DNA of 64,000 nucleotides from positions 1-64,000 of the IMG/VR virus record IMGVR_UViG_3300021255_001748. One strand, given 5' to 3'. Each line of letters begins with the position of its first letter. The first letter of the stretch is position 1. The position numbers were made by a program, and so were the translations under genes. The notes beneath the pieces are model-generated. The model did no database searches. It worked only from the letters and a program-made list of their open reading frames with translations, and was not told where the DNA came from. The stretch comes from a virus (lineage: Duplodnaviria > Caudoviricetes). Positions 1-11,215 of this stretch are shown here, one piece after another.

Positions 1-51
1 AATGAGGATTTCTATTGCGGATACGCAGAAAGCGGGCGGTGAAATAGAAAG

Positions 52-264
52 ATGGCAGACTCCTATGAAAAAGTTATTGAACATTTGTATGAAGCGACAG
101 ATAATCGCGTGATTGGGGTCAATGAGGAACTTGGCCCTATTTGTTCTATTCCAGCTATTTGGCTTTATGATGCGGCCGCAACTCTTAAGACCCAGCAGGG
201 TATTATTGATGAGTATAAGAAAGCGGATACTTTTCTAGCAGTACACGGATGGAAATGGAGATAA
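52..264 (+). CDS. hypothetical protein
   Basis: ORF in a tightly packed run of small same-strand genes. Confidence 0.6.
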   Translation: MADSYEKVIEHLYEATDNRVIGVNEELGPICSIPAIWLYDAAATLKTQQGIIDEYKKADTFLAVHGWKWR

Positions 265-270
265 ATAAAT

Positions 271-528
271 ATGGATAATCTTGAAGCTATAAAGATTGTA
301 GAAAGAGAAAAGAATAGATTTCTTGATAATTATGTAGATTTTAGTGGAACTGAAGAAGCATATAATCGTGCCGTTGCAGCCTTAAAGCGGCAGACACCCA
401 CCCCGGTAGTACATGCATATATGGGCAATGGTATTGTATTATTTACTTGTCCTGAATGTAAAACTATGGTACTTTATACACAGCGATTTTGTAATATGTG
501 TGGGCAGAGGTTGAAGTGGAATGAGTGA
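271..528 (+). CDS. hypothetical protein with C-terminal zinc ribbon
   Basis: CPEC...CNMC motif. Confidence 0.65.
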   Translation: MDNLEAIKIVEREKNRFLDNYVDFSGTEEAYNRAVAALKRQTPTPVVHAYMGNGIVLFTCPECKTMVLYTQRFCNMCGQRLKWNE

Positions 529-1099
529 AATGAATAATGTTGGGAAGATGTGGCGACATTTTAAAACCATCTGCAGGCATAAAGCAATCGTATATAGAGA
601 ATGTAAGGCTTGCGGCATTTGGTGGCAAGGTGTTGTGCATGACCTATCTAAATTTAGCATACAAGAGTTTGCTCCGTCCGCGCGGTATTTCCAAGGGAAC
701 AGAAGTCCCATTGAGGCCGAAAAAGAAGCCATTGGATATTCAAACGCTTGGCTTCATCATAAATCGCATAACAAACATCATTGGGAATATTGGTGTGACT
801 ATGATAACAATACAGGAGAAGTATTCCCGCATAATATTCCATTGCGATACGTGATTGAAATGGTGTGTGATTGGATTGGTGCGGGAATGGTATATAGTGG
901 CGAAAAATGGACTGAGGACGAGCCGCTAAACTATTACTATAAAGTCAGGAATGGACGGCATTTTCATAAAGATACGGAGGAATTAATTGTCTATCTTCTT
1001 ACAGTAATTAAGCAAGATGGGCTCACAGAATTTCACCGTGTATGTCGTTCTATGTTGAGTGGAGCTTCGAAGTTGAAGGAGATGAAGCGGAATGAATAA
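521..1099 (+). CDS. DUF5662-like HD-domain protein
   Basis: HFKTICRHK, HDLSKF and HHKSHNKHHWEYW motifs; EMVCDWIGAG. Confidence 0.7.
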   Translation: MSEMNNVGKMWRHFKTICRHKAIVYRECKACGIWWQGVVHDLSKFSIQEFAPSARYFQGNRSPIEAEKEAIGYSNAWLHHKSHNKHHWEYWCDYDNNTGEVFPHNIPLRYVIEMVCDWIGAGMVYSGEKWTEDEPLNYYYKVRNGRHFHKDTEELIVYLLTVIKQDGLTEFHRVCRSMLSGASKLKEMKRNE

Positions 1100-1349
1100 T
1101 ATTGCTACTAGAGTTGGCGGTGGCTCCTTTAAAGTTGAGTTTGAAACCTCATATTATGATAATTATCTTCAAGTTGAAGCCCTTTGCCGCAAGCTAATTG
1201 ATAAAAGGCCAAAATCTTTTTATGGTTGTTGCGCTAATTGCAAATGGTTTACTATGGAAGTATGTGTAAATAAAGAATCAGACTGGTGTGGTGACTTTAG
1301 AACACCAGATAAACTATGTGAATGTTGGGAGTATAAAGATGGAGCTTAA
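1092..1349 (+). CDS. hypothetical Cys-rich protein
   Basis: ORF overlapping both neighbours by a few nt; CANC motif. Confidence 0.55.
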   Translation: MNNIATRVGGGSFKVEFETSYYDNYLQVEALCRKLIDKRPKSFYGCCANCKWFTMEVCVNKESDWCGDFRTPDKLCECWEYKDGA

Positions 1350-1683
1350 ACATACAATTGATTTAAAATGGAAACATGGATACCCCGTAATTACCTTGTG
1401 TGGCAGCACGCGCTTCAAACCCTACTTTGAAGAAGTTAATCGCATTCTTACTCTAAAAGGATGCATTGTCATTAGTGTAGGCTGTTTTGGTCATGCGGGT
1501 GATGTATTTACAGACGAACAAAAACTAATGCTTGATGATATTCACAAGCGCAAAATTGATATGGCGGATGCAATTTATGTTATTAACAAAGATGGTTATA
1601 TTGGTTCATCGACTAAATCGGAAATTGCGTATGCTAAAGAGCATGGTAAAGGCGTATATTATATGGAGGAAATTGAATCATGA
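1339..1683 (+). CDS. nucleoside deoxyribosyltransferase-like/DUF4406-like small protein
   Basis: ITLCGSTRF...HKRKIDMADAIYVINKDGYIGSSTKSEIAYA; ATG at 1339. Confidence 0.55.
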   Translation: MELKHTIDLKWKHGYPVITLCGSTRFKPYFEEVNRILTLKGCIVISVGCFGHAGDVFTDEQKLMLDDIHKRKIDMADAIYVINKDGYIGSSTKSEIAYAKEHGKGVYYMEEIES

Positions 1684-1937
1684 ATAATAGATATGGTTGG
1701 ATTTGTCCACAGTGCGGCCGCGTATGGGCGCCGACAGTAAGTAAGTGTGGCCCCTGTGAAGTAGTAGCAACCGGCGGCCACGGTATTAAGTCTAAGTGGT
1801 CCATAGAAGAAGAGGATGGTGACGATTACTGCACCTGCTACAATGATGGTGAATGCTGGGGTACTAAGGAACGTGAAGAAACTAATTGCGGCGGCAAGGC
1901 CAGCAAGTGTGACAAGTATAATAGTGAATGGAGGTAA
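1680..1937 (+). CDS. hypothetical Cys-rich (zinc-ribbon) protein
   Basis: GWICPQCGRVWAP motif; ATGA overlap with upstream stop. Confidence 0.55.
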   Translation: MNNRYGWICPQCGRVWAPTVSKCGPCEVVATGGHGIKSKWSIEEEDGDDYCTCYNDGECWGTKEREETNCGGKASKCDKYNSEWR

Positions 1938-1943
1938 TTAATT

Positions 1944-2144
1944 ATGATTGATGCTACTTATACTATTATGTGTGAACATGAAGTTGTGGCTAGGAACGTA
2001 CCAGAATATTATGTTTGCATAATTGTTCAGTCTATTATGACTCGTTTCAATAAGTCTGCGGCCGCCGGTGACCTAAAGATTACTATTGAGGCGGAGAACC
2101 ATACAATGTCACTTGATGATGACTACCGTTCTAAAGGAGAATAA
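1944..2144 (+). CDS. hypothetical protein
   Basis: GGAGG RBS; packed ORF. Confidence 0.55.
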   Translation: MIDATYTIMCEHEVVARNVPEYYVCIIVQSIMTRFNKSAAAGDLKITIEAENHTMSLDDDYRSKGE

Positions 2145-2146
2145 AA

Positions 2147-2356
2147 ATGAAGATTATTCGTGAAGGCGACCGCGATGCGGCCTATCGTAAAGAACATCAC
2201 ATTGTTCAGTTCTTCTGTGATAAGTGCGGCTGTATTTGGGATGCGGAGGAAACTGAATACCATATGGTATCAAATAGTTATAATGAAGTTTATGCTGTGT
2301 GCAATTGCCCAACTTGCGGCGAAAAGGAATATGAAAGAACATGTATGGCTACTTAA
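2147..2356 (+). CDS. hypothetical zinc-ribbon protein
   Basis: MKIIREGD start; CDKCGC and CPTCG. Confidence 0.6.
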   Translation: MKIIREGDRDAAYRKEHHIVQFFCDKCGCIWDAEETEYHMVSNSYNEVYAVCNCPTCGEKEYERTCMAT

Positions 2357-2542
2357 TTAAGAATAATTCGGGCTATGTTTGCTCTAATTGTCGTATGCGG
2401 CAACCCTCTGTTACAGAGGTTTGCCATTTTTGTTCTACTCCATTCTCTAATTTTGAAGATATAATTTTAGAATTATATAATGATTTGACTTATGGTGAAA
2501 TTTCTGATATAATATATACAGAAAGTGAGGGAAAGAGTGAGT

Positions 2543-2836
2543 ATGGAGACGAACGTGAAGGTAATCAACTTTGAGGGTGAGGTCTTTGACACTGAAGTCG
2601 CCTATGAGGATGTTGTGGCTATCGCCGTCAACGTCTGGAGTGGCGACGAAATGCTGACTATCTTTACCAAGGATGGTAAGGTGCGTCAGTATGATGCTGC
2701 CGACTATCATTATTATCGTAGTGATAGTCATGACGATGGCAGCTATGCCATTTATCCCGCAGACTTCGAGAAGTGGGATATGCGTACTAGCGCAGACCCG
2801 TGGGCTGAAGGAGGCTACCATAGCGACGATGAATGA
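2543..2836 (+). CDS. hypothetical acidic protein
   Basis: ORF with GAGGGA RBS; codon usage like the neighbouring TAG-free genes. Confidence 0.55.
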   Translation: METNVKVINFEGEVFDTEVAYEDVVAIAVNVWSGDEMLTIFTKDGKVRQYDAADYHYYRSDSHDDGSYAIYPADFEKWDMRTSADPWAEGGYHSDDE

Positions 2837-3248
2837 CTCACACCTGTTTAAGGCCGCACGCAAGGCAAGTAAGAACGCCGATTACACCGGAGCTAATAGC
2901 GTTCAGATTGGGTGTGTGGCCGTTTACAAAGGAACCATTTTGGCTAAGGGATGTAACAGCGACAGAACGCATCCCATGCAGGAGCGATACAATCGTTTTA
3001 GATATAAGAATGTGGGCAACCGATACTTGCCCGCTAAGTGTCATGCCGAGACTGCTGTAATTTCCAAAATAAAGAATCTTGACATTGACTTTTCTAAGGT
3101 ACATATTTACCTTTATCGTGAGTTCAAGAATGGTGAACTTGGGCCGTCTAAGCCTTGCCCTTCATGTATGGCTTATCTTAAAAGCATTGGAATTAAACAT
3201 ATTCACTTTACAGACATTGATGGTTATTACCATCTCAAAGGAGTATAA
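2829..3248 (+). CDS. cytidine/deoxycytidylate deaminase family protein
   Basis: zinc motif HAE...PCPSC; GCVAVYKGTILAKGCN. Confidence 0.8.
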   Translation: MNDSHLFKAARKASKNADYTGANSVQIGCVAVYKGTILAKGCNSDRTHPMQERYNRFRYKNVGNRYLPAKCHAETAVISKIKNLDIDFSKVHIYLYREFKNGELGPSKPCPSCMAYLKSIGIKHIHFTDIDGYYHLKGV

Positions 3249-3251
3249 AAT

Positions 3252-3659
3252 ATGGATCTTTACGCATATGCACTTAGTCAGAATGAACGTGTAAATAATT
3301 ATATTCAAGAGCACTATGGCCCTATCCCTCGGCTTCGTGGTGTGCGCTTTATGCGCTATGAGACACCTGATGCGTGCGAAGGTATGGGACTGCAGTCTGT
3401 ATTTTGGAGTGAGAACTGCGGAAAAGATGTAATTTATATTCATACGCGTTGTGGCGGTGGCTATGATGAAACTGATCCGGACAGCAACTACATTGCTTGC
3501 GGCGGTAAGGAATGGGAAGAAGCTCATAAGGATCTTTTTATCTGTTCTGTGGACGATGAATATGATTGTACTTATCGTGACCACTACTTTACCGCAGTAA
3601 TTGATGATGATTATGATAAAATCTGTCAGCTAATTGAGGCTGACGAAGTAATTGATTAA
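3252..3659 (+). CDS. hypothetical protein
   Basis: ORF with RBS; YIHTRCGGG motif. Confidence 0.6.
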   Translation: MDLYAYALSQNERVNNYIQEHYGPIPRLRGVRFMRYETPDACEGMGLQSVFWSENCGKDVIYIHTRCGGGYDETDPDSNYIACGGKEWEEAHKDLFICSVDDEYDCTYRDHYFTAVIDDDYDKICQLIEADEVID

Positions 3660-3676
3660 AAGGAGATAATTAACAA

Positions 3677-3988
3677 ATGTTTTATAATGAGGGCGCAGAT
3701 GCTGTCTTTGCTTACGGGGACGACGATGCTAAGCCGATTAACTGGGATGGTGAGCCCTTTACTTTTTGGAATCTTGTTGAAGAGCGTGGTGAACATTACG
3801 CGCATATTAATCCTGCGGCCGTAGTTGAAGCTATGGAGCAGTATCATTTCTTTCATAACGCCAAGACTAATGATAGAGCGAGCATTAATAAGTTTTGGTC
3901 GCTGTCTCATGAAGAGCGCGTGAATATTCTTTATGATTATTTTAATGAAGATATTGCCTATTGGCAGGCTGAACTTGAAAAGGAGTAA
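3677..3988 (+). CDS. hypothetical protein
   Basis: AAGGAG RBS; packed ORF. Confidence 0.6.
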   Translation: MFYNEGADAVFAYGDDDAKPINWDGEPFTFWNLVEERGEHYAHINPAAVVEAMEQYHFFHNAKTNDRASINKFWSLSHEERVNILYDYFNEDIAYWQAELEKE

Positions 3989-3994
3989 TTAATA

Positions 3995-4405
3995 ATGAAG
4001 TACGAAGCTAAGTATTATGTGAATGAGGAAAAGCGGACAGTTGTTTGCACTATTGAGTGTAGTGAGTGGGATGCATTTGATTATATTGAAGGCAGTGATA
4101 TTGTAATCTCTGTTCCCGGCCAGAGCAAGGCTCTATATAAGCATGGCAGGATGCCGTCTAAGTTTGTCGGTATTGCTAAGTGCGCACCCGGCGATAAGTT
4201 TGATGAACATATTGGCCGCCTACTAGCATTCAACCGTGCAAAGGGTAAGTATGATCACGCTTTTGAGGCACGAGTTGTGTATCTGGTGAATCAGTGGGAT
4301 AGACTGCGACAGGAGGTGCTAGAGCGGCTACTACATTATAATAAGAAGGCCGCATATCATCAGAGTCGGCGCAGTAAGGAAATTGAAGAGTATCTAAATA
4401 AGTAA
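3995..4405 (+). CDS. conserved phage hypothetical protein
   Basis: GIAKCAPGDKFDEHIGRLLAFNRA motif typical of phage small proteins. Confidence 0.65.
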   Translation: MKYEAKYYVNEEKRTVVCTIECSEWDAFDYIEGSDIVISVPGQSKALYKHGRMPSKFVGIAKCAPGDKFDEHIGRLLAFNRAKGKYDHAFEARVVYLVNQWDRLRQEVLERLLHYNKKAAYHQSRRSKEIEEYLNK

Positions 4406-4445
4406 AAAAATAAAGAGGGAGCCATTAGGCTCCCTCATTTTTTAA
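4406..4445. terminator. bidirectional intrinsic terminator between convergent genes
   Basis: GAGGGAGCC-ATTA-GGCTCCCTC stem with an A-tract on one side and a T-tract on the other. Confidence 0.8.
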
Positions 4446-5939
4446 TTGCTTTTCAAGTGCGGCAATGCGTGTACCAAGTTCAGTATACAAATGCTTAATA
4501 TTTTCAAACTCTTCAATAATAAGGTTATTGTCATTATCATTCTCATTATCTTCAGGTTCTTCAATAACGGCAGGCTCAGTCTCAGCAGGTCTTACTCTGC
4601 TCTCCAATAGCGTCCAAGTCTGCTTGCCTACTATACCATCAATTAATAGCCCTTCCTTCTGCTAAAATGCACGAACCGCTACATCTGTTTTAGTACCAAA
4701 AATACCGTCAGCAGTGCCGCAATCATATCCTAGCGCATTTAACATAGTTTGAAGTTGCTGAACATCAGTTCCCTTAGAACCCTTCTTTACTGTTCTCATA
4801 ACTTTTACCTCCCCGGCATTTTTAATTTCTTTTTCATCATATAATCCAACTGGAATAGCGTAGTGTGTCCAGGCTTTATCAGCTACAGAGCCAGTCTATA
4901 CATTTACGGAACAATGAATAATATCACCATCGCCTATGTGTAAGCCAGTATGTGCCATTTTACCAGTTGATTTATTATATTGAAATACACAACATACAAC
5001 ATTGGGCATATCTTTAATCTCGCCTTTCTGCACCCAGTTGGGATTGTGGTTATACTGTGAAGTGCAGCCGCCGCCAGCTAGTGCAACTGCTCCCGCTTCT
5101 TTTAGACAATCATATGTAAAGCCGCGGCAATCAAATATTTTTGTATTGTGCCATTTGCATGTTTCGCATGTGGCGCCTTTAGTACCATTTAATACAGGGC
5201 ATTTACTAATAATAGTTGGATGGTCACTTCTAGCTCTGCGCTTACGATTAGCGGGCGTACATGCTTCACCCCATGCGCCAAATACATATGGATAGCCTAA
5301 ATAACTTTTAGCAAGTTCTACAACTTTCTTCGCTTTTTCGCTCATCATTCTCACCTCTGCTGCTCCATATTCACTCATAAGAGTGGTGTTTGGATAATAA
5401 AAGTCTAATATTTGTTTATATGTAAAGCCGTGACTTGAAGCATATTTGGCACCTCGCTAGCTCATGCCAACGCCATGACCTTTTTTACCTTCACCTGCGG
5501 CCGCATCCCATGGGTCATCATAGGCAAGCAAATAGCCTCTTACACCGCCCCAGCGTTCTTGACTTGATACTGTGCGGCCGCCATTACTTGCAGAAAATAC
5601 AGTGCTTGCAACTTTTCCGCCATAAAATAATACTTGTCCTGCTGTTGCATTAGCAGCGTCAATGCAATTCTAGTAATTCTTACTATAACGTGGAGCTCTA
5701 TAGGCTTGTGCACTAGATGAAGAATCTGAAATTGCTGCGCCATTTAGTACTCCGCGTGACATTGCAAAGGTACGGCTAGCTACTGCCTGAGCTTTTAAAG
5801 CCTCTGGGCCACCAGACGCAAGTTCCGATGCTACTACTGTTGCAACATATTGTTCAAACTCAATTTCTACAATATCATTAATATTACAGCCGAAGAAATT
5901 AGCATTCTCCGTTCTAGTTATTTTTACCTAAATTAGCAT
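4425..5939 (-). CDS. modular endolysin: SpoIID/LytB + NlpC/P60-like peptidase + peptidoglycan-binding domain (504 aa, code 15)
   Basis: One frame when TAG=Gln: EALKAQAVASRT, GHGVGMS(Q)RGA, QILDFYYP; YVFGAWG..DCRGF..HTGLHIG; KKGSKGTDVQQLQTMLNALGY..DGIFG..DGIVG; GAGGTG RBS. Confidence 0.85.
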
Positions 5940-6086
5940 ATTTCTTCACCTCTTATAGAAGAGTGGTGGCACAACAAAATATAATTATTAATTTCTACAA
6001 TAGTCAAAGAAAAAAGTATAGATTGTGATAGGGCCGATTACACTTACAATGAAATGAGACATATTATATCCTTAAAATAAGGAGGT

Positions 6087-8738
6087 ATGAAACTAATGAG
6101 TACAATTGAAGAATTAAAAAACTTACAATATGTGCCTGCGGGAAGTTTAACTGATAGCGCCCCGCCTGTTTCAGAAACGGTATTGTATTGGGAGGCTGGA
6201 GAATAGATTACAGCTTCAAAATTAAATTAGATTGACTATGGCGTTTCAAGCGCAACATAGGCAATTAATGATTTAGCAACATATTTAGATAATGAGATTA
6301 CAACGCGTAGTAGTGAAGACACACGTGTAGCACAGTAGGAAGCGAAAATAAGAGAAGCGTATATAACTGCTGAAACCATTTATCGGCAAACCGCTGATGA
6401 AAAAATTCAAAATAATTTAGATGCTGAAATTGAAAATAGAAAGATGGGATTTGTGAATTATGGGTCGCCCAGCTTCACCGATGTGACCATGACCCGGTAG
6501 GGCGTGCGGGTTGTGTGGAATTACACTTTCCCATACAGCTCTACGGCAACCAAGTATGTGCCAACTGGTGAAGGGATTGTGGATCAGACCCCATCGTCCA
6601 GTATCCCGGGGCTTGTGCTGGAGGATGGCCACATCTACAGGCTGAGAGCTGATTACGTCTCCGGCAGCGCGACAAACGATGTAAGCGTTATCTGGTCTAC
6701 ATCGGGCGCGTATTCGCGGATTGCTCCCTCGTACTCGGTGGCGAACGGCGATTACGCAAACTGGTACACCGACCTGACCTACAGCACGGACGAGTATCCG
6801 AATGGCGTATGGCCTATACTGTTCGTATTCAGAGGTACTACTGGCGGCAACAAGCTGGTTAACTACACCGTGGACTTCTACATCGAAGACATTACGGAAG
6901 ATGTTGAGCAGTCAGTTCGCCATGGCGGCGATATCGGGTTGAACGGGCTTGTGGACTATGGTCGCGGGCCTTTACAGGCTAACACCGGGATTACTAATAC
7001 TAATGGTATCAACCTCTCTGCTGTCGGTGATGGCATGGATCTGGTGCTCGACACTAATGGCGACCAGATGGGCGGCGGAACAGTTGCTGCATACGGTCGG
7101 CTGAACGGCGGGTTCAAGTATTACAACACGGGGGCATTACTGGCGAAATCCGGCGATGCAAAAGTTCGGCTCACCAATGGGCACAAGTACAGGCTGTTGA
7201 CGCGGTATGTCAGCGGCGACTGGCTGTATGGGTCTGGTCAGGAATCGACCCCGACTTATGCACGTGCGTTTAGCGTTACTGGCACGGGTGATGATGCCGC
7301 TCTGTCCTCGCTCGGCACGGCTGAATGGGCACCGAACGGCAGAGACATCGTGTGCGAGTTTGAGTACAACGAGGGCACGGACTACCCGGACGGCATCTAC
7401 ATCGGGCTTTTCATTCGCCGGACAAGCGCGAATCGGTGTACTTTCGACGGCTATCACATCCACATCACGCTGGAAGATCTGACGGAACCTGGGACTCATG
7501 AAGTATGCTACGACATCGAGCAAGTCCTGACCGATGAGCAGAAAGCACAGGCGCGGAAGAATATTGGGGCGGAAAACGCTTCGGCTGTACGGATAATCCC
7601 GAATGTAGTGGGATATGTTGCCGCGAATGCAACTGCAGTGACGGTCGAAGTAGACGAAAATGGCATCCCCATTAATGCGGGTTCCAGCACGACTACAGTC
7701 AGGTATATCGTGTTGCCGTGCAGCCCCGGAGACAAAATCACAGTGCGTTCGCCCTCCCCGGTATCGAACAACACGCGCAACTGGATGATGCTTGGGGCTG
7801 TAGACACCAGTACCACTCCTAATACCCGACCGATTCTGGCAAAACACAAGAATGCTGCCACGCCTACGGTTTTTACCGCGCCCGCTGGCACAGAACTCAT
7901 CGTTTTCGCATCTACGACGACCCTAATCGCTAACGACACTGACCGCTATTGGATGGGTGGATTGACGGAAGCCCGGCTTGACGCGCTGGAAGTTTTGGCA
8001 GAACCTGGGGTGCGTGAAGTACGTTATGATACTGTACAAGCTTTAACAGATGAACAGAAAGCACAGGCTAGAAGAAATATTGCTACGAAGGAAGATACGG
8101 CTCCAGAGATTATGTTTAACTACGAGAATAAGTACATTGCACTTGCGTCTGCTGATGCTACATCAGTTAGTATGGAAAATGATTTACCAAAGTTAACTAG
8201 TCAAACTAATTTTTACTGTTATCTTGATGAGTGCGCTCCTGGTGATGTCTTTACTGTTAAAGGCGTTAACCGCTCAGCCACAATCCCAGGATTCCTATTC
8301 ATTGCGGAAGATGGCACAATTCTTACCAGAGGATTTACAGCTACTTCTGCTGTGAATTCTGAACGTAAAGTGATGATTGCACCAGAAAATGCAAAATTTG
8401 TGTATCTATTTACAGCGAATGGTGAGACAGCAAATAACAAACTGTGGCGTGGTGCAAATACTGATGCACCGTTTAATTTTAGAGGGAGTGCCCTAACCAT
8501 TGATGCAGTAACAGATGGACGTTATACTTGCGGCACGCTCAGCAGTTTATCCTTCACCCCCTGCTCCAGCGGTCTATGTGAAGTAGAATTTACTAGCGGC
8601 ACGACTGCCACGACATTACAAGTTAACGGTGTAACATGGCCCAGTTGGTTCGATCCAAATCACTTAAGTACGTCAACCATTTATGACATTATGATTAAAG
8701 ATGGTCATCTTGGGGCGGTGATGGTATGGCCAGCTTAA
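6087..8738 (+). CDS. tail fibre/receptor-binding-like structural protein (883 aa, code 15)
   Basis: GGAGG RBS; 4 in-frame TAG join the N-terminus to the 744-aa ORF; WEAGEQITASKLN motif; duplicated LTDEQKAQARxNI motif. Confidence 0.65.
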
Positions 8739-8926
8739 TGGATAGATGGTGGATGTTTGCTTCAATGTATAATAATAATAATAATCTATTATCTTCTTTA
8801 AATATACCAGAAAATGATACCGATATTTAGTAGTCTAGTGATATTACAATTGATGAATTAGACCAAGTTGAAAATATTGAATCAGATTCCGATATGACAA
8901 TTGAAGAAGACCAAACCAATATATAA
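8738..8926 (+). CDS. small acidic hypothetical protein (code 15)
   Basis: TAATG overlap; open with two TAG read as Gln. Confidence 0.45.
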
Positions 8927-8943
8927 AAGGTCGGGTGATAGCT

Positions 8944-9504
8944 ATGATAAGGCTGATACAGCGACGCTTAATTATTCCACGCGGTGATACGGGAACTTTT
9001 ACCGTGCCTTTGTTAGCCACGGCCTAGACGGGTGATGCATCAGTATTTACAATCTTTGACTAGAAAACACAGAAAAAAGTTTTTGAAAAGATTGTAACTA
9101 TTAATGGTGAGACACTATAGATTGAGTTTTCTCACGCAGATACAGTTAATCTACCAGTCGGTGATTATGTATGGGATATTAAGTTTTATAAAGACCCTGT
9201 AATTGTTGATGATAAATTAATAAATGGAACAGAAATTGATTCATATTATGCAGCTTTTAAATTACCTGTTTGTGAAATTAGATAGACAGGTGATACATTA
9301 TTAACCGCAGATGACGCGCCAACAACCACTATCGCGCCTGATTAGCTAAATATTATATTAGCGGCAATTAATGAGGCCAATATCGTCAAAGATGCAATAA
9401 CTACATTGAACGAAGCTGACATTATATCTCGTATTACACAGTTAGAAGAAAAAGTAGAAGCTTTACAGTAGGCACTTTCAACACTTGTAGATTCTACTAC
9501 ATAA
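8944..9504 (+). CDS. BppU-like baseplate/tail Ig-like protein (code 15)
   Basis: IIPRGDTGTF..EFSHADTVNLPVGDYVWDIK; open only when TAG=Gln. Confidence 0.65.
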
Positions 9505-9532
9505 ATATAATATCAAAATAATTTTAATTTTA

Positions 9533-9578
9533 GGGCACAAACAGGTATATATATCTGCTTGTGCCCACACTTTTTTTA
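9533..9578 (+). terminator. intrinsic terminator
   Basis: GGGCACAA...TTGTGCCC stem followed by a T-tract. Confidence 0.65.
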
Positions 9579-9588
9579 TGGAAAAGAT

Positions 9589-9619
9589 TTGACTTTTACA
9601 AACTTTTATGATATAATAT
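9589..9619 (+). promoter_or_regulatory. sigmaA-type promoter
   Basis: TTGACT...TATAAT. Confidence 0.6.
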
Positions 9620-9645
9620 AATTATCAAAGAAAAGAGAGGTTAAT

Positions 9646-9852
9646 ATGGGACGAAATAGAGATGATTATTACTATGAAGAAGTATATTCTTCTGAACCAG
9701 AACAGCAAGTAAATGAAATTGAAATTGAAATTGGTTGCGGCTTTTGTCATGATAAGCGTAAAAATAAAGATATTGAACTTTATTTCCTAGACCGCGCAAG
9801 TAATATGCGTCCTTGCACTTATTGTCCATCATGCGGCCGCAAGTTGGGGTGA
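9646..9852 (+). CDS. small zinc-ribbon protein
   Basis: CGFC...CPSCGR; GAGG RBS. Confidence 0.65.
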   Translation: MGRNRDDYYYEEVYSSEPEQQVNEIEIEIGCGFCHDKRKNKDIELYFLDRASNMRPCTYCPSCGRKLG

Positions 9853-9857
9853 CTTGA

Positions 9858-10271
9858 ATGAATAATACTTACAATTGGAATAATCCTTTAATGGCTTAGC
9901 AGATGATGTAGCAACAGAGCTATTATCAAATGCCTGCTCCTAGATATGAAATTAATCAAGTAAAAGGTGAAGCGGGTGCTAACAATTTCCGTATGGCGCC
10001 AAATAGTAGAGCAATTTTAGTTGATGAAACAGCGCCAATGATTTGGTTTGCCCGCACAGATAGCGGCGGCTACTTAACTGTAGAGCCTTATGATATTTTC
10101 CCGCATAAAGCGCAAGAACAAGTAAATGTAAATGATTTAGCCGAACGAGTAAAGAGATTGGAGGAACAATATGTACAACAATCCACTTCTAAACCCAAGA
10201 AGCAACGTTAGCCAGTAGCCGCAACAGAGCCCACAAATGGGTCAATTGAGGCAAATGGTACAACTGTATAA
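9858..10271 (+). CDS. conserved Clostridia-phage hypothetical protein (code 15)
   Basis: QVKGEAGANNFRMAPNSRAILVDE motif; both ends extend through TAG. Confidence 0.7.
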
Positions 10272-10446
10272 AAATAGTAGGAATCCAATGCTCGCAATGC
10301 AAAATATGCTTGAGCAAAATAAAGAGCTTAAAACTGTTATGAATTTTGTTAATAAAAATGGTGGAAATGCACAACAGTTATTTTATGAATTAGCGCGTGA
10401 AGCGGGTGTAAATCCGCAAGACGTGTTAAATGGATTAGGGATATAA
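10252..10446 (+). CDS. hypothetical protein
   Basis: NPMLAMQNML..GGNAQQLFYELAREAGVNP motif. Confidence 0.6.
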   Translation, partial: QMVQLYKNSRNPMLAMQNMLEQNKELKTVMNFVNKNGGNAQQLFYELAREAGVNPQDVLNGLGI

Positions 10447-10452
10447 TTTTTA

Positions 10453-10478
10453 AGCACGCGAAAGCGTGCTCTTTTTTA
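10453..10478 (+). terminator. intrinsic terminator
   Basis: AGCACGC-GAAA-GCGTGCT followed by a T-tract. Confidence 0.75.
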
Positions 10479-10510
10479 TATCAAAATATTTTAACAGGGG
10501 CGTGATTCAT

Positions 10511-11140
10511 ATGGATGGTAATCTTTCTGCTGCTGATATGGCGGCTGTAACTGGCCGTAATAATGGTGATTGGGATAATGGCTTATGGCTATTCGCTATT
10601 CTAGCTTTAATGGGCGGTGGCTTTGGTAACTGGGGTAATCGTGGTGGCTACGAACAGTACGCTACTCGCGATCAAGTTCAAAATGGTTTTGATACCCAGA
10701 ACCTCCAAGCTCAGACACGCGACATTCTAATGTCTGTAAATGATGCTTCTGCTCGTGGCTTAGCCGCGACCAATCAAGTATATCACGACGTAGTAGATTA
10801 CGTTGGAGACAAATATATGGAACTTCAGCGCGATATTGCTGGTCTAGCAGTTGGGCAAGCTAATGCTCTTGCTAATTAGAATCAATGCTGCTGCAATATT
10901 CAGAGAGCCATTGATGGTGTCAATTACAACACCGCAATGTAGACTGCCGCAATCAATCAAAATACTACTGCTGCCATACAAAAAGTACTTGATGCTATTC
11001 AAGGTAACCGTATGGATGATATGCAGAACCGTATTAATCAGCTTGAGCTACAGAACCAGCTTGGCAATGTAGTTCGTTATCCTCAAGGTTTTGTTTATAA
11101 TGCTGGCAATAATCCTTTCTGTGGGTGTGGATGTAATTAA
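10511..11140 (+). CDS. Gly/Asn-rich protein with CCC motif and Cys-rich tail (spore-coat-like; code 15)
   Basis: AN(Q)NQCCCNIQRAIDGVNYN reads through TAG; ends FCGCGCN. Confidence 0.7.
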
Positions 11141-11166
11141 TAGAGCGTATAAAGTACGCCAATATT

Positions 11167-11199
11167 GAGGGGACGTACTTAACGTCCCCTCTTTTTTTA
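11167..11199 (+). terminator. intrinsic terminator
   Basis: GAGGGGACGT...ACGTCCCCTC followed by a T-tract. Confidence 0.75.
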
Positions 11200-11215
11200 T
11201 TTGGAGGATTATAAT

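Noticed and set aside
5940-6086. Phage-specific late promoter motif in the divergent intergenic region
   Set aside because: AT-rich similarities to 48770-48836 were too weak to define by eye.
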